Source: Eledone cirrhosa
Taxonomy: Eukaryota
DNA length: 64,000 nt
Direction: 5' to 3'
Assembly (NCBI GenBank): GCA_964016885.1
Contig: OZ024742.1
Coordinates: 206,894,001-206,958,000, forward strand
Shown piece after piece: positions 26,950 through 39,660 of this stretch. Within the stretch, counting starts at the first letter, position 1. The number at the start of each line of letters is the position of its first letter. The notes beneath the pieces were generated by a model, which saw only the letters and a program-made list of their open reading frames with translations, had not been told where the DNA came from and did not search any database. Both the position numbers and the translations under genes were made by a program.

Positions 26950-27146
26950 AAAAATGGAGTGCTGCGTGGTTGCAGAAGGGTTACATATGAATAAAATTAG
27001 TCCTTCATCAGTGATCTTCCAACTTTCATTGGTATTTCATCGCTTTAAAAATCATATACCTCTGGTTGGTGCGAGCAATAACAAATAAAGTTATTGGGAC
27101 AAGTAAATTAGGGTGAAACGAGCGAGACATGTAAACAAACGACGAT
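26318..27146. repeat. ~200-bp direct repeat (26318-26518 / 26947-27146) plus a short third start at 26812; pLTR-like
   Basis: 'agaaaaatgga..gctgcgtggt' occurs three times, and the repeat abuts the GIY-YIG ORF. Confidence 0.75.
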
Positions 27147-27192
27147 GTATTTGAAAGTATTTGAAAAACTCAGATTACATTCATATATATAT

Positions 27193-27439
27193 GTAGGTGT
27201 CACGACAAAAAAACACACAGTCCACGCTGTAATGTGGCCGTGTAGGCAACACGGTAAAAACCTCCCAGACCCACACTGTAAATGTGGTTGGTGTTAGGAA
27301 GGGCATCCAACTGTAGAAAACCTGCCAGACAGTCCTATGCGAGCAAGACAATCACTCTTGCCTCAAGTGGGACTACCCCCGTCCAAACCCATGCAAGCGT
27401 GGAACACGGACGTTAAACGTTGATGATGATGATGATGAT
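27193..27439 (+). mobile_element. RTE 3' UTR fragment with (GAT)n tail
   Basis: Nearly identical to ~19767-20008. Confidence 0.9.
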
Positions 27440-27915
27440 ATGAATGTAATCTGAGTTTTTCAAATACTAATAATAATATTCGATTCGTTTGCAATTATGC
27501 AAACAAGCCTCAATTTTATAGCCATGTTAGTAGAATAAACCCTTCATTCTTGCTCTTGTGTTGGCATGTGAACAGAACTGCAGACACTAATATTTCTGGG
27601 TATCACCCTTCATCAGTACAGCTCACTGTTCACCTGCAAAACTGACAGAGCTAGTGAAAATATATGCTATTTTCAAAAATAACCAGTGACTGATAGGCCT
27701 GATTTGCATATTAGCAGACTGGCTGATCAATCAGATCTGCATATTAGCAGATCCACTGATCAGCCAGATTTGCATATCAGCAGACTGGCCAGTCAGTTTT
27801 CTGTATACAAGCGATAAATAGCTGGCTTTGCCAAATTCAAATAAAAAAGAAAATGTTCGTTCTACATGGCTGAATACAATAAATGTAATCTGAGTTTATT
27901 AATATTAATAATAAC
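27438..27915 (-). mobile_element. ~440-bp hammerhead-containing unit with short terminal direct repeat
   Basis: 'aatgtaatctgagttt' at 27443 and 27882, ribozyme at 27568-27633, and three 33-bp octamer-type repeats at ~27690-27790. Confidence 0.65.
27568..27633 (-). ncRNA. Type I hammerhead ribozyme motif
   Basis: Minus strand reads gtgaacagtgagctgta CTGATGA a ggg-tgata-ccc a GAAA tattagt GTC^ tgcagttctgttcac, with a long stem I and a near-palindromic stem III. Confidence 0.75.
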
Positions 27916-29047
27916 ACACACACACCCACCACAAAATAAGAAAGAAATTGCTCATACACATATTTTCCAAAAATTCCTGATTGAAAGCGACCACTGATGC
28001 TTTGCTCTGTCTTTTTTTAATTTCCCACCACAAAAGAACCTGTGACAGACAGTGTGTTTGTTTATTTTTTTACCTTATGCAGTTTGAAAATAGGGAATTA
28101 GCAGAATTGTGAAAGCATCAGACAAAATAACTTGTGTATTTGTCCCAACTCTTTAGGATTTGAATTCATATCTTACTAAGGTCAACTTTTTCTTTTCTAG
28201 GGTTGATTAAACAAAGTACTAATCTATAGTAGTGGATTAGCAGAACTGCTAGAATGTTGAGCAAAGTCCCTTGCAGCATTTGTTGCAGCTCTTTATTTTC
28301 TGAGTTAAAATCCTGCCATGGTCAACTTTGTCTTTTATCTAACAGAGAGGAAATAAAATGTTTACAGATGCAGCTGGATAAATAAATCAAATTTATACTT
28401 TTCCTCCTCATTTTCCTCATTATTATCATCTTTATCATTATCATGATTATTGACATGATAATTGTCTTTATCAATATCATCATCATCACCTCTTCCCTCA
28501 TACCCACCACACCACAATCATCCCTACAACCACTGCCACCACTGCTATCACCAAGACTACCCCTTCTAATATCAGCACCACTGCTCTCACCTTCACCACC
28601 AACAATAGCACCTCATCACCACCACTGCTTTCATCTTCACCACCACCATCATGATCCCCACAACCATCCCCACCACTTCCACTGCTGCACTGATATCAAC
28701 ACCAAACCACCTCCACCACTATTATCATCACCAGCAGTAGGTCCCTAATTGTATTGACATTTATTATAGTCAGTGTTGTATCCCCAACACCATCACTACT
28801 GCCACTATAACCACCACCACTACCATTGCCACAACCACCATCATCATCATCACCCCTATTGCCACTACTACCACTACCACCAATGCCTCCACCACCACTA
28901 CCATCTCTGGTCCGTCATGCTGTTATTCAGAAAGTATTAACCAATCAATACAGGGTGAATAAAATAGCAAAGCCATGACAAAGTAGTAGTGATGACAAAG
29001 ATGGCACAGGCAGTGTTGTGGGGTAGGGTTGGGGGTGTAGGGCAATA

Positions 29048-29960
29048 GGAATGACTGAGCCAACAAATTTCTCAAGGACCCCTGTTGCATGAAAACTTAA
29101 GAGCAAAGTGGTGGGCATTAACATACTTGTTGTAGTAAGTCATAGACCAGGGGTTGGCAACCTATGGCCCGCGGGCCAGATCCAAAGGGATTTTGACCGG
29201 CCCATGAGAACTAATGTCCAATGAGTTGTTTATTTAAAATTTAGATTTATTGTAATATGAGAGACGAGATTTTCGAATACAATAAAAAGGCCTGCTGTTA
29301 CATTCTTCCACAAATCTTCTGAATCACTCTACCTAATGTCCACCACCAACTGGATGTGAATGCTTTGACAGCAAAAACACAATTAAAAATTTGTCGCATT
29401 ACTATATTCATCTGTGATTAATACAAATTATTTTCAAGTACAGTCAACACTCGTGATTAGATTTTAGCTTGTGTAATTTTCCATAATTATTCTTTAATAG
29501 CCTTCGTCCGGCCCGCTATCCATCATTAATACTCGATCCGGCCCGTGGAAGCAAAGAAGTTGTCAACCCCTGCCATAGACGATGGTAATGTTAGAAAAAA
29601 TGATTGAGACAAAAATTACCTAATGACCCTTGTTGCATGAAAACTTAAAGGCAAAATGGTGGGCACCAAAATATTTGTTGTCGTATGTCATAGGTGATGG
29701 TAATGATTGATAAAGTGGAGGTGATGACGTTAGATATGAATGACTGAGACAAAAATATGCTAAGGATCCCTGCTGCATGAAAACTTAACAGCAAAGTTCT
29801 GTCTGGTCAGTAGCATACTTGTCATAGCCTATAAGTGATAGTGATGAGGTTTAAGAAGGTGGGGGCAGTGGTGATGGTGTAGGATATTAGCTAGAGGCAC
29901 CTGCTGCTTGAAAACTCAACCGCAAAGTGGTGGATACCAGCATGCTTGTAGTAAGCTATA
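29048..29960. repeat. Four diverged ~125-140-bp tandem units
   Basis: Recurring '..tg(t/c)tgcatgaaaactta...gcaaa.tggtggg' motif. The first unit is interrupted by the hAT MITE. Confidence 0.75.
29148..29572. mobile_element. hAT-superfamily MITE
   Basis: TIRs caggggttggcaac / gttgtcaacccctg with ggcccgcgggcc subterminal motifs. 8-bp TSD tcatagac / ccatagac. Confidence 0.88.
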
Positions 29961-30971
29961 ACTGGTTGTGGTGGTGATGGAGAAGATGAATGTGAGGGTG
30001 GTACTGGGACAGGGTTGGTGGTGGTGGAAGGGCTTGTGGTAGTGGGGAGCTGGTGGTGGTGGAGGGGGTTGTGGTAGCAGAGAGTTGGTGAGATTGGCAC
30101 TGGTGGTGAAGATGAACGTTGCCTATAAAGCTGATGATGAAAACAATTATTGATATGATAATCATGATAGATGCTGTTTAACCCTAGGTCAGCCTTGATT
30201 AAGTAGACCTATGATTATTTGGGGAAATGCCTTCTCTATTCTGTCCACTGGGGCAGTGGAGCGGCCAGCGTATGGGCCCCCATTTGGTCGTAATAGTGAG
30301 AGTTGGGGAGAACAGGAGAGATGGAGGCAGTGACAGTGGGAGTTTGGTTCCTTTGTGTTCAGACCTGGTGTATATGTATATATTTATATATCGCACCACA
30401 CATGAAAGAGTGTTTTATGAAACAAATAGCTTTGGAATATAAAGCAGTTTACATAGACCACATTGTTGTCAAGTATATAACTATTAACCAGTATACTTAA
30501 TGTTTGAAAGATGGTAGCGTAATTTAAAAAAGATTTGGCTGTTATTTCTAGCATGTCATGTAACTGCAAAGAGATTTCTCAAGAAGGTGTTTGTGTGTAT
30601 ATGGCAGGGTGAGTTACCCATACAGTGCAAACGATGGAATGTAATAATGTAGTTATAGCTGTGTGGTTAAGATATTTGCTTCACAACAATATGGTTCCAG
30701 GCTTAATCGTACATTGCAGCACCTCAAGCAAGTGGCTTCTATAACAGCCTCACATTGACTGATACATTCTGTGTGGAATTAGATTGAGTGAAACTCCTCC
30801 CCTCTTCTGCTCTCCATGTCACCGGTCTTATCAGCTTGGTACCAGTGTTATTGATCTGAAAGGATCTAAATTAGAGCTGGCATTCCTTAATTTTTAATGT
30901 AGAGCAGAGAATCAAAACAGATTCCATAGATCATTCAATCTGATACTCTAATAATTCTCTCTCTCTCTCTT

Positions 30972-31129
30972 CAGGGCCGTCTTAACAGCATTATAGGACA
31001 CTGGCAAAGCAGAGCACTGGGGTCCCTACCTACACAACCACTCACAGGAATAAAAATACAAATGGGCCCCCTATCCTCATGGGGCCACCGGGCAACTGCC
31101 CAGCGTGCCCATGCATTAAGATGGCCCTG
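30972..31129. mobile_element. Short hAT (Tip100-like) MITE
   Basis: TIRs cagggccgtcttaa / ttaagatggccctg with internal gggcccc motifs, inserted in a (CT)n tract. Confidence 0.75.
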
Positions 31130-31687
31130 TCTATCTCTGTCTCTCTGTCTCATATCTTTATCATCACCATTTAATGCTTATTTCCCATGTTTGCATGGTT
31201 TTGATCGATGGTCACTTACAGAGGCTTGACCATCATTAAAAATGTTGGTCAAGCTCAAACATTCCATTTTTGGCTTGGGTTCTATGGCTCAATGCCTTTC
31301 TTCATACCAACCAAATTACAGCATATACTGGGAACATTTAATCATGACTTTGGCACTACCATCTTACAAGGTGGATGGGATGCTTTTGTCATGGCAACAG
31401 TAATATTGCCTTACAGAGTTGGCTGGTTAAATTTTTATCATGTCACAAACATTGGGGGGGGGGGGGGGGGGCATTGATGAGTAGGGGACATACCGCAGTG
31501 TAAGAGGAAGCACTCAGTCGTGGGGATGGTCTTGAGAGTAAATCTTTATTCCAAACAATGGAAGAATTGATAAAAATAAACTCTAAGAGGAAGTTCCTCA
31601 TTAAAAACAAATTTTCACTGTAATTTTACCTAGTAAAAGTGTTAAGGGAGAGCTAGACAATGTCTGATAATCTCAAAATACAATAAT

Positions 31688-31872
31688 TGTTTCTACTTTA
31701 GGCACAAGGCCAGCAATTACCCAGTGCATCACTGGTACTTTATTTTATCGACCCCATAAGGATGAAAGGCAAAGTCAACCTTGGCGGGATTTGAACTCAG
31801 ATCGTAAAGGGACGTAACTATGCTGGAAAGCATGGCGTCCAACCCTCTACCGATACTGCCAATCCACCGCCC
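31688..31872 (-). mobile_element. Full-length tRNA-derived SINE with 20-bp TSD
   Basis: Head gggcggtggattggcagtatcgg (A-box-like) and gagttcaaatcc (B box). TSD taatctcaaaatacaataat at 31668-31687 and 31873-31892. Confidence 0.92.
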
Positions 31873-31911
31873 TAATCTCAAAATACAATAATATTTATTA
31901 CAACAATAATA

Positions 31912-32850
31912 ATGGTTTCTGATTTAGGCACTAAACCAACAATATTTGGAAGGAGAAAGTGCATTACTGGTTCTTTATTTCATTGAATCCATATGGATGA
32001 AAGGCAAAGCGAAACTTGGCAGGATTTATACTCAGAATGTGAAGGGCCATAACTATATGCTGCAAAGCATGTTGTCCAACAATCTACCGATACTGCTAAT
32101 CCACTGGGATTAATACTATTGGGATAATATTGTTTCTACGTTAGGCACAAGGCCATTAATGGTATATATTTCCATTTTGTGTACATGATGCGGCTTTTAT
32201 TTTCTGCCTTCCTCCTTAAGTTAGACTTTAAAGCTATTCCTGTGAGTCATCAAAAGTATGTTGCAAAGCATGTTGTCCAACACTAATCTACAACAATAAT
32301 AATAATTGTTTCTACTTTTGGCACAAGGCCAGCAATTACCCAGTGCATTACTGGTACTTTATTTTATCGACCCCCATAAGGATGAAAGGCAAAGTTAACC
32401 TCGGCAGGATTTGAACTCAGAATGGCAAGGGCCGTAACTCTATACGTCAAAGGATGGCTGCCGACCTTCTACTGATACTGCCAATCCAATAATGTTTTCT
32501 GATTTAGGCACATGACCAGCAATTTTGGGGAAGGGGAAAGTGAATTAAATCGACCCCAGTGCGGGACTCGTACTTTATTTTATCAACTCCGTAAGGATGA
32601 AAGGCAAAGCTAACCTCAGCAGGTTTTGAACTCAGAATGTAAAGGGCCATAACTTTATACTGCAAAGCATATTGTCTAACACTTTAGCAATGCTGCTAAT
32701 CCACAACAATAATATTAATCTTACATAGGCACAGGATCAGAAATTTGGAGGATTGTCATTATCAATTTTATCAACCAAGTACTTTATTTTATTGACCTTG
32801 AAGGACTGGAAAAATTGACCTTGGTGGTATTGAACACAGAACATCAAACA
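31912..32850 (-). mobile_element. Cluster of co-oriented SINE copies of mixed ages
   Basis: Repeated ggatgaaaggcaaag...actcag cores at ~31995, 32380 and 32595, plus a degraded one at ~32800. Confidence 0.8.
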
Positions 32851-34852
32851 AAATTGGAACAAATACCACATTCAAAAGGTTATTTGACTGATTAATAAAT
32901 AGTCATCAATAAGCTTCATTCACTGGCTCTTATACAGATTCTTTTCTAATTTCTTTTTAAATTTAAATAAATTGACTTCTTATGCCACCACCATAAATGA
33001 AACTTAAGGGTCAGTCAGCCTCATGGTTTTGGTGGATAAGCTGGAGGAGACATTGCCTTAGAGAATGGCAAAGGATATATGCTGGAACAACCACTCCACC
33101 TCACAGGGTTTGCATTTGTGAGTAGCCAGCTCTGCTCCAATAACAGTGAGTAGAGATGTGACTTCTTTTCTATTTAACTATAACAGCATTAGCATCTCTG
33201 ACTATGATCATGTCTCATGATGAATACATATATAAATCTATTAGTTAAAATTTCATCACTGAGATGTGGTTTCTGAAATTGTTATCACAATACGTAAAGT
33301 TGGTGTTTACATTGCATTGGAATAGCATTCACAAATCCAAGATGATACTCCTACCAACCATTCACATTTTATACTGTATATTTAAAAAAGAACATTTTTT
33401 CTCTTCAATGAGGAATGTAAGTAGTTTAAGTACAAATCTAACTTACCATTTTGACGATGTTGTACTCTCAATTTTCTACAATTATATATATTCCAAAAAG
33501 CAAGGACTTCACAATAAGACTACTATTCATTTCCTTGCCACAAGAGATTGACTACATACAGTTGTAACACCTCTTACCAGGTATACATATAAATAGATCC
33601 CCCCAAATCATCTCAACAATGTTGTACTGAATAACTCACCATATATACTTGTAAATAAGTTGCAGCGTTTTATTAAAAAAAAAAATATAGTATGAAAGAT
33701 CACGTGACTTATGTATTGGAGGAACTTGCTCAAGGTTTGAAATTTGAATATCACATATCGGTGTTATTTTCATGTACGGCAACATATATGTAAAGATTTC
33801 TATCAGCCACCTGTAATCCTGATGCCTATTAGATGTTGTATATATTGAGAGTCAATTAGGAGTAGTTATATAAAAGTACTGATTATTCTGTTTGCCTCAG
33901 GCATAAAAATACATTACTATGAAATCTAAGGCCCTGGGACTTTGCAAAACAGTATTGGTAATGATTATGATTATTTTAACTAAATGTTTTTTGTTTTTTT
34001 TTAATATGGTAATTCCAGATGCAGTAACCTTAACAACAATTGATCTCTATAAATAATAGTTTAGAAAATCTGGTAAAACACTCTTAGAGATGGAAAAAAG
34101 TAGTCATCAGCTGTTATGGAGACTTCTTTTTCTCTAATTTAACCCTTTAGCATTTACATTACTCTATATTTACTATTTTATTTTCCTGGTAAAAGCTTTA
34201 CTTCACATAATCATCTCACACAATATCGAATTAATGAGATTTTGATAATATTCATTTAGAGAACAATACCTTAACATCAGTATGAGTGGATGGTTACAGC
34301 CAATTTGAACAGAAAGAGATGAGGGATACAGAGGTGAGGGATAAACATAACTGCATGCAAAGATGCAAACAGTAATTATGAAAAGCAGTATGCAACTTAT
34401 ATACAAGTCAAAAGCTGAAGCTAAAATATCATAAACACAAAGTTGGTGTGACTTATATGAGGGAACCATAACCAGTTGGAAGTTGCTGCCAAATCTTCCT
34501 CAAATCAAACATTATTGTCTTCAAAACAAATTCACGTTGAATAATATAAACCTTGATACTACTAAAAAGACAGAGAATTTTCAGAGTTGATAGAGTGTTG
34601 GATTAAATGCCTTGCAGTATTTGTTCCAGCTCTATGCATTCTAAGTTCTAACCCCACTGAGTTCAACTTTCCTTTTTATACTTTTGAGGCTGATAAATAA
34701 ATACCAGTTCAGAACAGTGGATTAGTAATATTGTTAAGTGCATCAAATGGGATGCTTTGTTTTTGCTCTATGCTTTCTAGATTTTAGTTTTCTGCATTAA
34801 GAGTTCAAACCTCACCCAGTGTCTCTAGAAAAAGGATGACATGTCGTAAGCT

Positions 34853-35045
34853 GTGGTGGATTGGCAGTATCACTAGAGCCTCAGACACCATGCTTTGCAG
34901 AATAGAATTCTGGCCCTTTATGTTCTCAGTTCAAATCCTGCCGAGGTTAACTTTGCTTTTCATCCTTATGGAGTTGATAAAATAAAGCACCAGTAATGCA
35001 CTGGTGTAATTGCTGGCCTTGTGCCGAAAGTAGAAATAATTATTA
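34853..35045 (+). mobile_element. tRNA-derived SINE
   Basis: Full head-to-tail match to the family. Confidence 0.85.
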
Positions 35046-35495
35046 CTTCGAGATATCTCTAAGTGGTGGGATGATCATGATTGGAATAAATAATCTTTCA
35101 TCATGTCTGCTTACAACAACAATAACAAGAGGTGAAGGTGTTGTACAGTGAGAATGAATCTGGAAAGACATGCTAGTGTAATTTAAATATATCCTTCTCT
35201 GCAGTTACATATCTGGAATTGAGCAGCCACACATATTCACACATCCACACAAGCACATACATGGTTTATTATGCAAATGTATATTCACACATGCATAAAC
35301 GCATACACAAGCATATACATGGTATATTATACAAACACATTCACACATGCATAAACACACACACAAGCACATACATGACATATACTCACACAAGCACATA
35401 CATGATATGTATACACACATAAGAACATACAAATACACAGACATACCAGCACAAACATATTCAGATACATTTCCATTTGTATTATTTTAAATGAA

Positions 35496-35684
35496 GGGTG
35501 GTGGATTGGCAGAATCGGTAGAGCATCGGACAACATGCTTAGCAGCATAGAGTTATGACCCTTTATGTTCTGAGTTCAAATCCTGCCAAGGTTAGCTTTG
35601 CCTTTCATTCTTACGGGGCTCGATAAAATAAAGTATCAGTAATGCACTGGGATAATTGCTGACCTTGTGCCAAAAGTAGAAGCA
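35496..35684 (+). mobile_element. tRNA-derived SINE with 14-bp TSD
   Basis: attattttaaatga occurs on both sides. Confidence 0.88.
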
Positions 35685-38446
35685 ATTATTTTAAATGATA
35701 TCCAGTAATATTAAAGCATCTGCCTTTTTTATTCAAGAAACTAAGTAAAGCCTACAGATACTGAATATAGGTATTGAGATAAATGAATGATAACATGAAA
35801 GATAGAAGAAACCCAGAACTTTTAAGAACTACTAGTTAAATCATGGGGGGTTTCATGGTAGGTAGATATAGAAATAAATATGGCTTGACTCAGCTACACC
35901 TCATTAGCAAGCAATGGGTGAGCTGAGAGAGAAAAGCAAATCAGATATCACATCTAAGCTTGACTCAGCAGTATTCCAGCCTCACCTCATTAACTGACAA
36001 TAGGATAGAGATAACAACAAAGAGTTGTTATCTTACATCTAAGATTGACTCAGTGGTATTTCAACATCACCTTATTAACAGACTCCAGGACAGGTGAAAA
36101 AGAAGAAAAAATAATAAAAAAAAAAAGACAACAACAAAACACAAAAAACATTTCAATTTCATATCAAATACTCCAACTGCCCACTCCATCTCCAAATTCT
36201 TAATTATTAAAGAACTTAGATTAAGAGTGTGCTAGTGTGTATTTGTATTGCACATACAGTAAATACAGTGAAACAACATACAGCTCTTTAGATGGCTGTC
36301 CACCTATTAGATACTGTGTGTGCATGGGAAGGGAGGAAGAAAAAATGGGGTTCCCTCCACAAAGGGAAAATTTGTAATCAGTCATGAAGGATCTTAGGCT
36401 TTCTCTATCAATTAATTTTTAACCTCTTTTACCTTTGCCTCATACTTTTTCCTTGTCTTTTTCTTCATCTAATAAAATCTCTCAGTTAATACAGTAAATC
36501 TTTTAACTCTTGGACAATAAATATTTTCATATCTATATTTTTATCTACCTAAATATGTATGTGGAAATGTACGTGATGTAAAAAAAATGGCTTTGACTCT
36601 TTAAGCAGGATTAGGGACAACTGTTAAGTGTAGCTTTACAATTAGGATTATAGAGATAAAATGTAATTAGGATTAATTTTATTGTAGAGCTGAATGTGAG
36701 ATTAGTGTTAGTCAAATTCCATTTAGGGTTCATTTTAGGGTTAGAATTAACCACTCCCATTGAAAAAATGCTTTTGTCATGCTGAACTTGTATTGTTTTT
36801 ATTCCTGGTTGAAACAAATTCACTTTGCTTGTATGGTTAGTGCCATTGTAATATGTATAAAGAATATAAATATGACTAAGAAAACAACATGCAGAATAAT
36901 GCAGAATAATACAAAAAGGTTTATTTTATTATAATCAGAGAATGGGCTCATATATTCTTACTAATTGATTAAGTTATTTAGATGTAACAAGTTTGGTCAA
37001 CACCAATAAAATAGTGTACTTTAAAATAGTGAGCTTTAATTTTAATGTTAAGAAAAAAGTATGTGTGTGTATTGAAGAGGGGATTTTATGTGCACACATA
37101 CACAGAGGGGTCAAACTAACTGAATGAGCACGCAATACATCTGAGCATGCCTTATAAAAGTATTTGTGTGTGTGTGTTTATGTTTATACACATGGGTGTG
37201 TTTTGAGTATATACACACACACACACAATTGTGTTTGTCTGTGTGCATACATGTGCATATGTGTCCATCCATACAAATAAGTGAGCATAATTAATGCACG
37301 ACATGAATGTGAATTTGCAGTAGTATTTGCAATTTAGTGTACATATATATATGGGTATACATCATCATCTTATGTCTGAGCTGGAAGGAGTATCATTGTT
37401 TGAGACCAAATGGATTGGAGTAAGCTCTTCTTGCACATTATGTTCCATATTTGACATGGTTTCTATGGCTAGATACCCTTCTTAATCCCAACCATTTTAC
37501 AGGGTGTACTGGGTGCATTCCTGGTGGCACCAGCACTACAATTTTTCAAAATGGACTGGTTAAATTCTATCATGGCACCAACATTAATATTTTACAGTGT
37601 CTACTGGGTGCATTTTTATTGGTGTTTCAGTAAGAGAAATGTCGCATACTCAGCCAAACTGAAGAGTCCTCTCAAACCCTATATTATCTCTGATTGTCAA
37701 ACACTACAGCCACTGGTCTTGTAATACCATGTTCTCAAAGAAAACTGAGCTTGGGCATAAAGGTCTTGTAGAGTCCTTTACTCTGAAAACTGCAATTGAG
37801 AAAGGTCATTTGTTACATTAGTTGTTCCTCTGAATAAGAATATCCAATGCATGAGACGAGCTGAGGTTAACAGTGGATTCTGAGCTCATGGCTGTTCTTG
37901 ATGTTAAACTAGTTTCTGTTCTTGGTGGCTGGAAAAAGTGATATCTGAGCTGATATTTCATAACTGTTCTGTTGTCTCTATTGTTATGTCTTTCCCTCTA
38001 ATATGACAGCTCTGAATGAGCAGAATTGTCTGATTTTTGTAACATGGACACCAAAAGTAAATTATTCTATGACTGGCTAACATAGAGCTGCTACTGTTTC
38101 TGTTGTAGCCCTGCAAATGGATGTGCCAATTTAGTGGTTGAGAAATTATAGTGTGTAGGCTCGTACAGGCAACAGTTGGGCTGTGTAGATAAAATTTAAC
38201 TGTAAATCTGTAGATTTAAGTTTGTATCACAGAAATGGAATGATTGTTACCAACATATGACTGATATTCACTATATACATATATCAGGACACAACGTGGC
38301 TGAATGGTTAAGAAGTTGGCATCATAATAATTACACTCCAGGTTCAATCCCACTCTGTGGCATCTTGGACAAATGCCATTTATCATAGCTTTAGTTTGAC
38401 CAAGTGTTGTGAGAGAAATTGTATAGATGGAAATTGTTAGGAAGCC

Positions 38447-38770
38447 TGTCAGTTGAACTTGTAGTGACCCCTAGCGGTGAAATCCACAACTCATGAGAGT
38501 TACGCCCCTTGGGGACTGTAGTGACCCCTAGTGTCAACAACAGAAGTAAATGGAGTTACGTCCCCATGGGGACTATATATAGAGACAGCCAAAGCGCTCT
38601 ATCTCTTTGGCACACAGCAGCACTCGAGAGATGAACTGTGCCTTCTCCAACCTTTTAAGTTTACACACAACACGTGAAGTAAAATATATCAAGAGCAAAC
38701 TCTAGCACCCACTTTGGTCTCAATCTACTCAACCACCTGAACCATCAACAACCTTCATAACTCCGGTAAT
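38447..38770 (+). mobile_element. Possible solo LTR with 57-bp internal tandem duplication
   Basis: TG start, 'tgtagtgacccctag...gagttacg.ccc.tggggac' twice (38460, 38517), then TATA-like and AGTAAA motifs. The termini are not confirmed. Confidence 0.35.
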
Positions 38771-39296
38771 ATATGTATTGTTCTATTTTTGACTTCCATG
38801 AAGTAAACCTTTCTACAAAAAAGTAAATCAGCCTTTTATGTTATTTCCAAAACTGTTATAATAATATATGTATAATTCAAAAGATCAGACTTATCACAGA
38901 CCGTCTCACTGACTTTCCCAGAGAATTATGTTAAGGGCATATGAGTTTATTGAATGCTCAGACACATGTTAATTTCATGAGCAGGCTTCTCCATTGTTTG
39001 AACAATTGGAACACTCATCATCGAAACTTACATATTGATATGACTAAGAGAAAATTCCTTTCTCAGACAAAGGATTGGTCTGAATATATCAGTATATCCC
39101 CCACCACAACCACAGTAAAGGAATTTCATCATTATCATCATCATTTAACGTTCACTTTGCCTGATAGCAACGGTTGGACAAGATATCAACAGACTAGGGT
39201 GGGGAAGAAGCCTGCATCTTACATTCCTGCTTCCTACCATGTGCTCAGATGGATTGGTGGTCTCTGACACTCTTACATGATACTGTGCTCTACCAA

Positions 39297-39660
39297 GTTT
39301 CATCATCATCAGGTGCTAAGTCTGTTCCCGACATCAGCAGTCATGGTTTTCCAGTCCTTCCTGTTGACAGTGTTCTCGATGAGGTTGCTTTTTCTTGTCC
39401 CATTGTATTTGTTCAGTCTATCTGTAAATGATGTTCTTTGTCTTCCTTGTCTCCTCTTTCCTGTAATCTTGCCACAAAGAATCAGTTTCTCCAAACCATC
39501 TCTTCTGCTTATGTGGCCAAAGAATTCCAATTACCTCTTTCTAATAGATCTTTCTATGCCTGCCAATTTTAGGACTTTATCTTAGGTTTTCTTTTCCATC
39601 TAAGATATTTTGTATATTCTCTGATGAACCACATTTCAGTAACATCAAGTTTCCTTGCCA
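39297..39660 (-). mobile_element. 3' fragment of a second RTE family (BovB-like C-terminus)
   Basis: FFGHISRRDGLEKLILCGKITGKRRQGRQR followed by a (TGA)n tail. Confidence 0.8.

Noticed and set aside
28443-28748. His/Pro-rich ORF
   Set aside because: It derives from degenerate (CAC/CAT)n repeats.
29048-29960. CRISPR-like repeat-spacer array
   Set aside because: The context is eukaryotic, the units are long diverged tandem repeats without unique spacers, and no cas genes are present.
31688-31872. tRNA genes
   Set aside because: The A/B boxes belong to SINE heads; there is no complete cloverleaf.
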